Of a stretch of DNA of 64,000 nucleotides, positions 16,416 through 25,348 are shown piece after piece; positions within the stretch are counted from its first letter, which is position 1, and every line of letters starts with the position of its first letter. Position numbers and translations under genes: made by a program. The notes beneath the pieces are model-generated. The model worked only from the letters and a program-made list of their open reading frames with translations, was not told the DNA's origin and did not search any database. The stretch comes from an uncultured Chloroflexia bacterium (GTDB taxonomy: Bacteria > Chloroflexota > Dormibacteria > Aeolococcales > Aeolococcaceae): positions 36,871 through 100,870 of the forward strand of contig CAWJCO010000002.1 of the NCBI GenBank assembly GCA_963841385.1, in the 5' to 3' direction.

Positions 16416-16781
16416 GCCGTCCCCGCGGGCCCCTCAGCCCGCCGGGACGGTGGGATGGTTGCCTGCCCCTGTGGTACGGTCAACTCACCATCGGCCTCGT
16501 CGATAAGGACCAGGCCGGTGGGGCGCGGGACGGGTAACACCGCGCCCTCTTGATACATGGCTGAACTCGGGCTTCATCTTGCGAGGCCCCGAGTGCGCCG
16601 GTATCGAGAGGCAACCTAGGAAGTCTCTCGAGACGGGGCTGCATACTGCCACCATGCCGCAGGAGACGGTCGTCGCCGTGGATCCACGTGGTGACGAGCG
16701 CCCGTGTCTGCTCGATTGGGAGAGGCTGGCCCCCATCGCCTCTACCGCATGACGGCGCACTTGGAAGGATTGGACGACGTG

Positions 16782-17069
16782 ATGGTAGAGAGCAGCGACT
16801 GCTTCGAGGCCATGCGGCAGGTGAGGTCGCGTTTGGAGGAGGCGGGTTTCAAGCTTTGCTGCAATGGCGCTCGAACCGACGCGTGGGCATCGGGGATGCA
16901 ACGGGACATGGGGGAGGGGCTCGTCTGCTATCTCCTACCCTTACCGCGGCAGGCGAGGCGACCACAACAGGTGAGCATCTTTGGCGTCGCGCTCGTCGAG
17001 CACGTCGGGACTTTGGCAGAGCAAGAGGACCACTACCAGCGCTGGCTGGTTTCCGCCGGCAACTACTAA
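16782..17069 (+). CDS. Hypothetical small protein (island cargo)
   Basis: GGAAGGA RBS at 16763-16769 followed by GTG 16779/ATG 16782: MVESSDCFEAMRQVRSRLEEAGFKLCCNGARTDAWASGMQRDMGEGLVCYLL... The track ORF starts at 16704. No function recognised. Confidence 0.4.
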   Translation: MVESSDCFEAMRQVRSRLEEAGFKLCCNGARTDAWASGMQRDMGEGLVCYLLPLPRQARRPQQVSIFGVALVEHVGTLAEQEDHYQRWLVSAGNY

Positions 17070-17089
17070 GTGCCGACTGGCGGAGCTGT

Positions 17090-17560
17090 GTGCTAGATCT
17101 CACAACGAAGTTTGACGCTGATCAGTACCGGGGGGCGTTGGAGTCATGGCGATTCCTTGATTTCTCAGGCAAGACCCCGATCTTCACCTCTCTGTTCGGC
17201 GACGTCTTCTTTCAGAGCGCGGACGGTATCTAGTTCCTGGATACCTTGGAGGGGAAACTAACCCGTCCGTGGGCCAGTCTGGATGAATGTCGCGCTGCCC
17301 TCGAAACCCCTGAAGCTCAAGATCGGTACTTATTGGGCGCGCTCACAGATGCCGCCAAGCGCCGCGGTTGCTTACGTGGTCCAAACCAAGTGTATGACTT
17401 CACGATCGCTCCGGTTCTCGGCGGCGCCATCGCTCCTGAGAACATTGGGGTCGGTGACTTTGTCGTGTCGGTGAACATCCTCGGTCAGATTCATGGTCAG
17501 GTGCGGAATATGCCTTCTGGCACGCGAATCTCTGGTGGCAGAGTCGACGGAACGACGTAG
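17090..17560 (+). pseudogene. DUF1851 / Tdi1-C-like (T6SS-immunity-type) gene with in-frame TAG at 17231-17233
   Basis: Track ORFs 16688-17233 and 17246-17560 are in the same frame and separated only by TAG. The joined product ..IFTSLFGDVFFQSADGI*FLDTLEGKLTRPWASLDECRAAL...QVYDFTIAPVLGGAIAPENIGVGDFVVSVNILGQIHGQ fits the DUF1851 pattern (GD.F....DG.v.wLD...G.l......f..L, y.f..P..LGG.....N......v....lgQ). The GTG 17090 start is tentative. Confidence 0.6.
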
Positions 17561-17692
17561 GCGCCACAGAGCCGCTGCGATGCCGGCCTGGCGACCAGCA
17601 TCAGCCAGCTTGACTCGCCCGGGATTAGAACGTCCGCCAACGCAGGCCGGCCGTGTAGCTCGCTTCCGGAGACAGGTGTGATCGCCGCGGCG

Positions 17693-18184
17693 TTACGTGG
17701 CTGTGAGGTTAGGCCAAGGCTCGTGGCGAACATTGGCCTCCATCCGCAATTGGTTTGCGCGACGCAGTGAGGGAACCAGCGAGAAGTCTCCCGACAGGAG
17801 TGGGGACGCCGCGCCTGCGAGGACGGGGGCAGCTCGAATGAGCGCAGCCTCAGCGCAGTCCTCGTCCGTCTGCCCCACATCGTAGGTCAGCTTGTCGAGG
17901 CTCCGTGCCTCAGCCTCCGATCCGCCAGTCGCCCACAGCACCAGCCAGAGAGGGAACTCCTCGCCGGGCGCATCAAGCGTGGCGATGGTGACGCTGAGTA
18001 TCGAATCGTGCAGGTCCACCTCAACCTTAACTCGCACCACCTGGTTCTCCCACATCACCGTGTCGAAAAGGTTCGCCCGGTGCTCCCAGGCGACCTGTCG
18101 GAGGTTGTTGCTGGAAAGCGTGGGCCCCAGGATGCGTGTGACAAGAGTGGGAAACTCGTGGATACGTTCAGTCATGGCTGGCAC
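17693..18184 (-). CDS. Hypothetical protein (island cargo)
   Basis: 163-aa ORF in the lower-GC part of the island, directly downstream of the integrase on the same strand (integrase stop at 18195). Non-repetitive composition. No motif recognised. Confidence 0.5.
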   Translation of the reverse strand: MPAMTERIHEFPTLVTRILGPTLSSNNLRQVAWEHRANLFDTVMWENQVVRVKVEVDLHDSILSVTIATLDAPGEEFPLWLVLWATGGSEAEARSLDKLTYDVGQTDEDCAEAALIRAAPVLAGAASPLLSGDFSLVPSLRRANQLRMEANVRHEPWPNLTAT

Positions 18185-18194
18185 GGTGGGGCAC

Positions 18195-19205
18195 TTAGCG
18201 TCGATCCTCCGCGATAAACGCCCGCATCAGCGCGTCGTGGGTGTCCGAGACCGTCAGGTGCTCGTAGACCTCGTGGATCATCCGCAGGCCGCTGTGTCCG
18301 ACGATCTTGGCGACGTCGGTCTCTCGCATCCCCCGCAGGGCGCACCAGGTAATGAACGAGTGCCGGAAGAGGTGCGGGTACACCCGCCGGTTGAGGACGT
18401 CCAGCCCCAGGTCGCGGATCAGCTGCTCCGCCCCGCTCTTGGTGAGCGGCTCGTACTCCATGGTCCCCCGCCCCCGGCGGTTGCTCAGGAAGAGGTTGGG
18501 GTAGGCGCTTGGCCGCCGCGTCCGCTTGACGTAGCGGTCCAGGCGGCCGGCCAGCCCGGGGCCGATCGGCACCAGTCGCTCCTTCTCGCCCTTGTCTCGG
18601 ACCTTCAGGTACCACCTCTGGCCCGGCTCCTGGCGGATGTCGTCGGGCACCAGCCCGAGCAGCTCGCTGAGACGCAGGCCGGTGTCGGCGAGGACCCGGA
18701 TGATCAGCTTGTCCCGCTCGTTCTGCGCCGCGTCCTCCAGCCGGGTGGTCTCCTCCCGGTTGAGCACCTCGAGGACGCGGTGAGGCAGGCGCGGCCGCTG
18801 GGCCCGGGCGCTGGGCGCCTCGCCCCGCTTGCCCAGCCAGCCCAGGAAGCCGTTGATGGTCCGGGCGTAGGTGTCGACGCTCTGCTTGGCCAGTGGCCGG
18901 CCCGAGCGCGACCCTGTGCCGTCCAGGAGGCCGCTGACTAGGGCGTTGAGGTGGGCGGCGTTGAGCTCGGTGGGCCCGGAGACGCTGTGGGCGTCGCAGT
19001 AGGGAAGGAGGACGTCCTGAAGCGCGTAGCCGTAGATGCCGATGGTGTGGCGGCTGACCCCGCCGGCGCGCTTCTCGTCGAGGTACTCACCCACCCACGT
19101 CTGCCACGGCGAGGGGGAGGGGACCACGGTCAGGGGCTTGGCCATCGCGGACCTCTGCATTCCCAGTTGGGCTCCGGGGAGGGATCTTACTCGATTCAGC
19201 GCCAA
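18195..19205 (-). CDS. Tyrosine-type site-specific recombinase (phage integrase family)
   Basis: The catalytic domain has ADTGLRLSEL (Arg), HLFRHSF (HxxR) and GHSGLRMIHEVYEHL (His...Tyr). The N-terminal SAM-like core-binding region is present. It lies immediately 3-prime of tRNA-Ala(GGC). Alternative start ATG 19145. Confidence 0.9.
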   Translation of the reverse strand: MALNRVRSLPGAQLGMQRSAMAKPLTVVPSPSPWQTWVGEYLDEKRAGGVSRHTIGIYGYALQDVLLPYCDAHSVSGPTELNAAHLNALVSGLLDGTGSRSGRPLAKQSVDTYARTINGFLGWLGKRGEAPSARAQRPRLPHRVLEVLNREETTRLEDAAQNERDKLIIRVLADTGLRLSELLGLVPDDIRQEPGQRWYLKVRDKGEKERLVPIGPGLAGRLDRYVKRTRRPSAYPNLFLSNRRGRGTMEYEPLTKSGAEQLIRDLGLDVLNRRVYPHLFRHSFITWCALRGMRETDVAKIVGHSGLRMIHEVYEHLTVSDTHDALMRAFIAEDRR

Positions 19206-19318
19206 AGTTCATGGCTGCTCTCCACTAAAGAGCTTACATGTTGCGAAGAAGAGCCGAAAACAGCCTCGGTCCGAAACGGCTCAGAACCGGAAAACCCTTT
19301 GTTCTCAACGGTTTTGAG

Positions 19319-19399
<81 letters not shown>

Positions 19400-19624
19400 G
19401 GGGGAAGGACATGGTACCGCTCCGACTCCCCTGAATGGACCGGTGTCCAGCACCGACCGGAGCCGCGATGGCGCGAACCAACTCGCGCGCGGCGGTGTCC
19501 CGCCGGGATTGCAGTCCTCCCCCGAGCGCGCCGAGGACTATCATCGACGTGAACGCGACAGCCGGGTCGGACTTACCTAGCTGAGGACACGGCTGTGGGC
19601 GTCGTGTGGGATGAGGTGTGTGCA

Positions 19625-20188
19625 ATGGCGAGTTCCTCGGACGAGGAGGAGAGCCAGATGTTGGCTCGCGAGCCCGTGGAGGTGGCCCCCCGGGGCCGCC
19701 GGGGAGGTTCCGCGCCTCCGGTCGAGGGCGAGTCACCCGTGGTGCGCGCTGGCGAGCGGCTGGTTCACCGGATCGAGGCCCTGGTCCTGGAGATCGCCCG
19801 CCTGCGCGCGGACAATGACGATCTTCGCCGCCAGGTGCGCGAGGCGGTCGCGATGTTCGAGCGGGCCTCGTCCGCGGTGGGAGAGCCGCAGACGCGGCGG
19901 CGCCGGCGTTCCGCTGCCGAGGCGGTCTCGGCCGCGACCGCGCGCCGCCGCAAGCCACGTGGCCGGCTGTCGAAGGGGAGGGCGACGCCACCGGAGGTGA
20001 CCACCGAGGTGGTCCGGGCGGTGATTGCCAAGCTCGGCCAGGGCACCGCCGCCGAGATCGCCTCGGAGATCACCCGGGCCGGCGTCAAGGTCTCCGGACG
20101 TGCCGTGCGCTTCCTCGCCGAGAGGGCGGGCGCCGACACCTTCCGGGGTGACGACGGGCAGCGCCGCTACCGCCTCCACACCGGCTGA
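19625..20188 (+). CDS. Hypothetical protein (acidic N-terminus, coiled-coil, basic linker, winged-helix-like C-terminus)
   Basis: ORF upstream of holA. ERLVHRIEALVLEIARLRADNDDLRRQVREAV looks coiled-coil. The C-terminal VVRAVIAKLGQGTAAEIASEITRAGVKVSGRAVRFLAERAG looks wHTH-like. The track start GTG 19595 is also possible. Confidence 0.5.
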   Translation: MASSSDEEESQMLAREPVEVAPRGRRGGSAPPVEGESPVVRAGERLVHRIEALVLEIARLRADNDDLRRQVREAVAMFERASSAVGEPQTRRRRRSAAEAVSAATARRRKPRGRLSKGRATPPEVTTEVVRAVIAKLGQGTAAEIASEITRAGVKVSGRAVRFLAERAGADTFRGDDGQRRYRLHTG

Positions 20189-20201
20189 GCCCGGTCGGAG
20201 C

Positions 20202-21254
20202 ATGACCCCCGGCGCGACGCGGCAGGACGGCCCGCGTCCTGGCTCCGCCGCCGCCGAGCTGCTCCTGGTCCACGGTGACGACCGGCACCGGGTCGATGAC
20301 GAGGTCCGCGCCTGGAGGCAGCAGGCCGCCGGGGCCGAGCTCGGCGTGGAGCTCATCGACGCGCCGGCACCCCTCGAGCGCATCCGGACCTCACTGGCCG
20401 AGGTCCCCCTCATCGACCCGCGCCGCTATCTGCTCATCCGCGATCCGCCGCAGCTCACCGGGGGCCGGCGATCCGGGGAGGCGGGGCGGGCCCTCGCCGA
20501 GGCTATCGCCCTGCGGGCGCCGAGCACCTCGGTCTGCCTGGTCAGCCACCAGCCGGTGCCGTCGACCCACCCGGTGGCGGTGGCCGTGGTCCGGCTCGGA
20601 GGGGCGATTCGCGCCTTCAACCTGCTGCGCAGCCGTGAGGCGCGGGAGTGGGCGGAGCGGGCCGCGGCGGCCCGGGGGCTCCGCCTCCGGCCCGGCGGGC
20701 TCGACCACCTCCTCCGGGTGGCCGGGTCGGACCTGGGCCTGGTCGCCACCGAGCTGGACAAGCTGAGCGCCTACGCGGGCGGCGAGCCCGTGGAGCCGGA
20801 GACCGTGCGTCAGGTGGTGGGCGGCGCCGAGGCGCTGGAGGTCTGGAACGTCCTCGAGCGCTTGCTGGGGCCCCAGCCGGGCCGGGGCGCTGCCGCCGCC
20901 GCCGACCTGGTGGAGGAGGGGCGTTCCACCCAGCACATCATCGCCACCCTGGCCGGGCAGCTCGGCGAGCTGCGCAGGGCCCAGTTCCTGCTTGGCGCGG
21001 GGGGATCGGCCGCCCGCCTGGCCACTCAACTCCGCATCCCCGAGTGGCGCGCCGAGCGGCTGGTGCGGCAGGCGCGCACCGTCCCGCCCGCGGTCGTCGA
21101 GCGCTGGATGGGTCAGCTCCAGGCGATCGACGTGGCCATCAAGGCGGGGGAGACCGACGATCGCCAGGCGATCGGCCGGTTCACCCTGGGTGCAGCTCGG
21201 ACGGTGGCCCGGAGCCGCTCCCGCGCGGGGGAGCCGGCATCGCGACTCCGTTAG
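20202..21254 (+). CDS. holA: DNA polymerase III subunit delta
   Basis: 350 aa from ATG 20202. LLLVHGDDRHRVDDEV..., LIDPRRYLLIRDPPQL and the C-terminal helical domain, in the conserved position next to rpsT. The assignment rests on architecture and context more than on strict motifs. Confidence 0.75.
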   Translation: MTPGATRQDGPRPGSAAAELLLVHGDDRHRVDDEVRAWRQQAAGAELGVELIDAPAPLERIRTSLAEVPLIDPRRYLLIRDPPQLTGGRRSGEAGRALAEAIALRAPSTSVCLVSHQPVPSTHPVAVAVVRLGGAIRAFNLLRSREAREWAERAAAARGLRLRPGGLDHLLRVAGSDLGLVATELDKLSAYAGGEPVEPETVRQVVGGAEALEVWNVLERLLGPQPGRGAAAAADLVEEGRSTQHIIATLAGQLGELRRAQFLLGAGGSAARLATQLRIPEWRAERLVRQARTVPPAVVERWMGQLQAIDVAIKAGETDDRQAIGRFTLGAARTVARSRSRAGEPASRLR

Positions 21255-21754
21255 GAGTCGGACTTGCTCCGGCGCGTCCCGGGCTTGGCGGCGGTCCCGG
21301 GCTTGGCCGCGCTCCCCGGCTTGGCCGCGGCGGCGGCCTTGGTCGCGTTCGCGGGGTTGGTGGGGGCGGCCTTCGCGTCGCCGCCCTTGCCGGCGGCCTT
21401 GGCGGCGGTGGCCACTCTGGCGCTCCTCCCCTTGGCCCCGCCGGCTGCGGCGGCGCGGGTGACCGCCTTCTCCGCCTCGCTGCCGCCCATGGCGCTCAGG
21501 CGGGCCGCCATCGCCATGATCCGGGACTTGCGGCGGGCCGCGTTGTTGCGGTGCAGGATCCCTTTCTCAGCGGCCTTGTCCAGCGCCTTGACGGCGGCGC
21601 GCAGCTCCTCCTCGATCCCCTCGACCTGTCCGCTCACCAGGGAGCGGCGAACGTGGCCGATCCGGGTCCGGACGGCCGAGCGGACGATGCGGTTGCGGAT
21701 GCGCTTGCGCTCACTGGAGCGGATGCGCTTCCGGGCGGAGCGGGAGTTGGCCAA
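21251..21754 (-). CDS. rpsT: 30S ribosomal protein S20 with ~80-aa Ala/Lys/Pro-rich C-terminal extension
   Basis: MANSRSARKRIRSSERKRIRNRIVRSAVRTRI...AVKALDKAAEKGILHRNNAARRKSRI is S20. The tail is ...AAKAAGKGGDAKAAPTNPANATKAAAAAKPGSAAKPGTAAKPGT. Its stop codon overlaps the holA stop on the opposite strand (TTAG). Confidence 0.9.
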   Translation of the reverse strand: MANSRSARKRIRSSERKRIRNRIVRSAVRTRIGHVRRSLVSGQVEGIEEELRAAVKALDKAAEKGILHRNNAARRKSRIMAMAARLSAMGGSEAEKAVTRAAAAGGAKGRSARVATAAKAAGKGGDAKAAPTNPANATKAAAAAKPGSAAKPGTAAKPGTRRSKSDS

Positions 21755-21966
21755 GATGACACCTGTTGACTAATGTCGGAAAAACTGGGCGCGTCCCCCC
21801 GACGAACGCCCGGGAGCCTGGAGTATAGCAATCGCCCACCGGCGCGGCCGGTCCACGCCACCAAGCCTGACCGGCGGGCCGGGCATCCTGGGAGGCTCAT
21901 GCAGACAGCGACCCGCGCCGTGCATCTCGCCCACCCACCGACCCAGTTCCTGCGGGAGGCCGGTCG

Positions 21967-22887
21967 ATGATCTTCGTGCCGGCGTACGCCAAGCTCAACC
22001 TCGCCCTCAGCGTGATCGGACGCCGCCCCGACGGCCGCCACGACCTCCGCTCGGTGGTGGTGCGGCTCGACTGGCACGACCTGGTCGGGGCGGGGCCGGC
22101 GGAGATGGGGGGGTTCGAGGGGGATGGGCCATCGGACGTCCGGCTCGAGATCTCGGGCCCGTCGTCGGCCGAGGTGCCGGTTGCCGACAATCTCCTGACC
22201 CGCGCCGCTCGCGCCATGCTCGCCCGTCAACCCGGGGGCGCGGTGGAGCTCCGCCTCGAGAAGCGGCTGCCGGCTGCCGCCGGCCTCGGAGGTGGTTCGG
22301 CGGATGCCGCGGCGGTGCTCCGGCTGATGGCGGGACTCGGCGTCGGGAGCCTGCCGGCCGCCCTTTTCGAGACCGCCGACGCGTTGGGCAGCGACGTCCC
22401 GGCGTGCCTGGCGGGGGGCGGCCTGCTGGTCGGCGGGGCCGGTGAGCGCCTCGAGCCGCTTGCGCACCCTCCCCTCGACCTCGCCGTCGCGATCGCCGGG
22501 CGCAGTGGCACGGCGGCCACCTTCGCGGCGCTGACCCCCGACGAGTGGCGGGGTGCGAGCCGCCCCGAGGCGCTGGCGCAGCTGCTCGCCGAGGGCCGTC
22601 CAGCAGAGCCGGAGCTCTGCGGCTCCGATCTCGAGGCCGCCGCTTGCCGCGCCCACCCCCGGCTGGCCGCGGCCATCGCGCGTCTGCGCACCGGGACCCC
22701 GGGGAGGCGCTGGCATCTCACGGGCAGTGGCGGATCACTCTTCGCGCTGGCCGCCAGCCGCGGCGAGGCGGAGGCCATCGCCCGCGAAGCCAGGGACCTG
22801 GGTTTCCCAGCCCGGGCCTGCCGCACCGTGTGCGCCGGGGGCCTCCCGGTCCCCGGGCACGCGCCGGTCTCCGGCACCTCTCACTAA
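21967..22887 (+). CDS. ispE: 4-diphosphocytidyl-2-C-methyl-D-erythritol kinase
   Basis: N-terminal PAYAKLNLALSVIGRRPDGRHDL and the GHMP-kinase motif LEKRLPAAAGLGGGSADAAAVL. Confidence 0.9.
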   Translation: MIFVPAYAKLNLALSVIGRRPDGRHDLRSVVVRLDWHDLVGAGPAEMGGFEGDGPSDVRLEISGPSSAEVPVADNLLTRAARAMLARQPGGAVELRLEKRLPAAAGLGGGSADAAAVLRLMAGLGVGSLPAALFETADALGSDVPACLAGGGLLVGGAGERLEPLAHPPLDLAVAIAGRSGTAATFAALTPDEWRGASRPEALAQLLAEGRPAEPELCGSDLEAAACRAHPRLAAAIARLRTGTPGRRWHLTGSGGSLFALAASRGEAEAIAREARDLGFPARACRTVCAGGLPVPGHAPVSGTSH

Positions 22888-22962
22888 CCAGTCTTGAGCC
22901 CTCCGGCCCGGAAGCATCTTCCTGTTGCAGCCGGACCGGGGGCCCACCTCCGGGTCAATGCA

Positions 22963-23661
22963 CTACAGGTTGGCCGGCTCCCCCGCGACGGGATCGGCCA
23001 CCGGCTCGTCTCCCTCCGGATCGACGGTCTCCGCGTCGTCGAGGTCGCCGAGACCCTCCATCGCGACCGCAGCGGGCAGGCGGCTCCGGACCGACCTCTG
23101 AATCATGAGGGCCGCCGCGATCCCCGCGCCGCAGATGGCCAGTGTGGCGAGCGCGTTGGCGAGACGCTCGACCTCCGAGGCCCACAGCTCGGCACCCGGC
23201 ACCGAGGGGTTGTTGTAGTAGATGAAGTTGCCGATCGCGGAGCCGACCGCGGCGGCGGCCACGATCAGCAGCAGGGCGGCCCCGGTCAGGGCGAGGGCCC
23301 TGGCTCGAAGCAGCCGGATGATCTCCGCGTACGCGGGCGGGGTGGGGCTTGGCGCGGGGGCGCCCGCCGCGCTGCGGGACCTGCCGAGCCCCCGCAGCTG
23401 CCACCAGGCGATCGCGATCGCGACCAGCGGGATGACGGCGAAGTAGGGCGCCGACCAGTCCGTCGCCAGCAGGAGGGTGTAGGCCTTGACGCTGGTCGAA
23501 GGCACCTGCCCGCCGACCTCCTCGACGATCGCCGCGGCCACATACCCGGCGGCCACCAGTGTCGTGGCCGCCAGACAGCTCACCCCCACAGCATTCCAGA
23601 TGCCCGAGCCTCGGCCCGCCTCGGTGGCGATGACCTCTGTGTCGGTCGAATCGTTCTCCAC
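22963..23661 (-). CDS. Hypothetical multipass membrane protein
   Basis: GTG 23661 preceded by a GAGGAG RBS. Four to five hydrophobic helices (IWNAVGVSCLAATTLVAAGYVAAAIV, APYFAVIPLVAIAIAWW, LTGAALLLIVAAAAVGSAIG, ALATLAICGAGIAAALMI) and an acidic C-terminal tail. The track ORF extends to 23841. Confidence 0.5.
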   Translation of the reverse strand: MENDSTDTEVIATEAGRGSGIWNAVGVSCLAATTLVAAGYVAAAIVEEVGGQVPSTSVKAYTLLLATDWSAPYFAVIPLVAIAIAWWQLRGLGRSRSAAGAPAPSPTPPAYAEIIRLLRARALALTGAALLLIVAAAAVGSAIGNFIYYNNPSVPGAELWASEVERLANALATLAICGAGIAAALMIQRSVRSRLPAAVAMEGLGDLDDAETVDPEGDEPVADPVAGEPANL

Positions 23662-23869
23662 GGCAGGTGCTCCTCTGGCGGCCCCGGCGATCAGTCGGCG
23701 TATGTTCACAGAAACAGCGGCCCTCGGGTCGGATGGCTTCCCCTGCCCCTCCCGTACAATCCCGCCTTGTGGCCGCGGCCGACACTGTTCTCCGCGTCGA
23801 CCCGGCGCCGTTCCCACCGTTCGCTCCCGACGAGGCGGCAACGCCCAAGGCCCCAGGTGTGATCAGCTC

Positions 23870-25331
23870 ATGACGCTTCGCCGCCCCGCCGACCAGGACA
23901 TCGTCGTGATCGGGGCGACCGGTGACCTCGCGGCCCGGAAGCTCCTGCCCGCCCTCTACAACCTCCAGATCGAGGGACTCCTCCCCGAGCGCGGCGACAT
24001 CATCGGAGTGGCCCCGCTGGACTGGGACGACGCGCGCTTCCGCGCCCACGCGGAGGAGGCGGTCCGGAGCTTCTCGCGCAGCCGGCTCGAGCCCCGGCGC
24101 TTCGCCGAGTTCGCGGCCCGCCTTCACTTCGTCGCCATCGGCCCGGATGGGGACCTGGGGCCGCTCCGGGCGGCGGCCCAGCGGCCCGAGCGCCTTCTCT
24201 ACCTGGCCGTGCCGGCCTCCGCGTTCACCTCCCTGGCCGGGGGGCTGGGCGCGGCGGGACTGGCGGCCGGCACCAAGCTGGTGATCGAGAAGCCCTTCGG
24301 TCACGACGTCGAGTCGGCGAGCCGGCTCAACGCCGCCCTCCACGAGATCCTCCCCGAGGAGCGGATCTACCGGATTGACCACTACCTGGGGAAGGAGACG
24401 GTCCAGAACCTGCTGGTCTTCCGCTTCGGCAACTCGGTCTTCGAGCGGGTGTGGAATCGCGACGCGGTCTCGCGGGTCGAGATCACGGTCGCCGAGTCCC
24501 TCGGCGTCGAGCACCGCGGCGCCTTCTACGAGGAGACCGGCGCCATCCGCGACATCGTCCAGAACCACATGTTCCAGCTCCTGGCGGTGACCGCCATGGA
24601 GCCGCCGATCTCCTTTGAGGCCGAGGCCATCCGCAACGAGAAGGTCAAGGTCCTGGAGGCCCTCCATCCGGTGAACCCCGACGACGTGGTCCGGGGTCAG
24701 TACGCCGCGGGGACGGTCGACGGTGAGCCGGTGCCCGGCTACCGCGAGGAGGAGGGGGTGGACGCGGCCTCGGAGGTCGAGACCTACGCGGCCCTGCGCC
24801 TCCAGATCAACTCCTGGCGCTGGGCCGGCGTGCCCTTCGTGCTCCGCACCGGCAAGCGTCTCGCGGTCCGGGACAGCCGGGTGGTGCTCAGCTTCCGGGA
24901 CGCCCCTCTGCATCTCTTCCGCGCGGTCGGCCTCCACGCCCTGGACGGCAACCGGCTGGTGGTCCGGGTGCAGCCCGATGAGGGGATCTCGGTGACCTTC
25001 GTCGCCAAGCGTCCCGGTCCGGAGGTGACCACCCAGCCGGTCGAGATGGACTTCAGCTACGAGGGCTCGTTCAAGGCGAGCACGCCGGAGGCGTACGAGC
25101 GGCTGCTCCACGACGCGCTGAGCGGCGACCACACCCTCTTCATCCGCGAGGACGAGGTGGATCGCGGCTGGAGGGTGGTCCAACCGGTCCTCGACCGTCC
25201 CCCCCCCCGTCAAGATGTACCCGGCTGGAAGCTGGGGACCGGCGGCGGCCAATCGGATCGCCCGGCCCGGCCACTGGCACGACGGCTCCTCCGGCGAGCC
25301 CCGGGCAGCCGTCGGAAGCCGGTCGCGATGA
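23870..25331 (+). CDS. zwf: Glucose-6-phosphate 1-dehydrogenase, interrupted as assembled by a 1-nt frame disruption in a C10 run
   Basis: IVVIGATGDLAARKLLPALY, EKPFGHD and RIDHYLGKE are read in the frame of 23870 up to C10 at 25199-25208. The conserved C-terminus VKMYPAGSWGPAAANRIARPGHWHDG is in the adjacent frame (from 25209) and stops at TGA 25329-25331. Confidence 0.9.
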
Positions 25332-25348
25332 CTGCAGGAGAACGCGCG

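Noticed and set aside
16154-16558. 134-aa minus-strand ORF starting MYQEGAVLPVPRP in the island
   Set aside because: More than half of it is antisense to hicB and is Ala/Pro/Arg-rich. There is no RBS or motif. A short genuine peptide from 16558 cannot be excluded.
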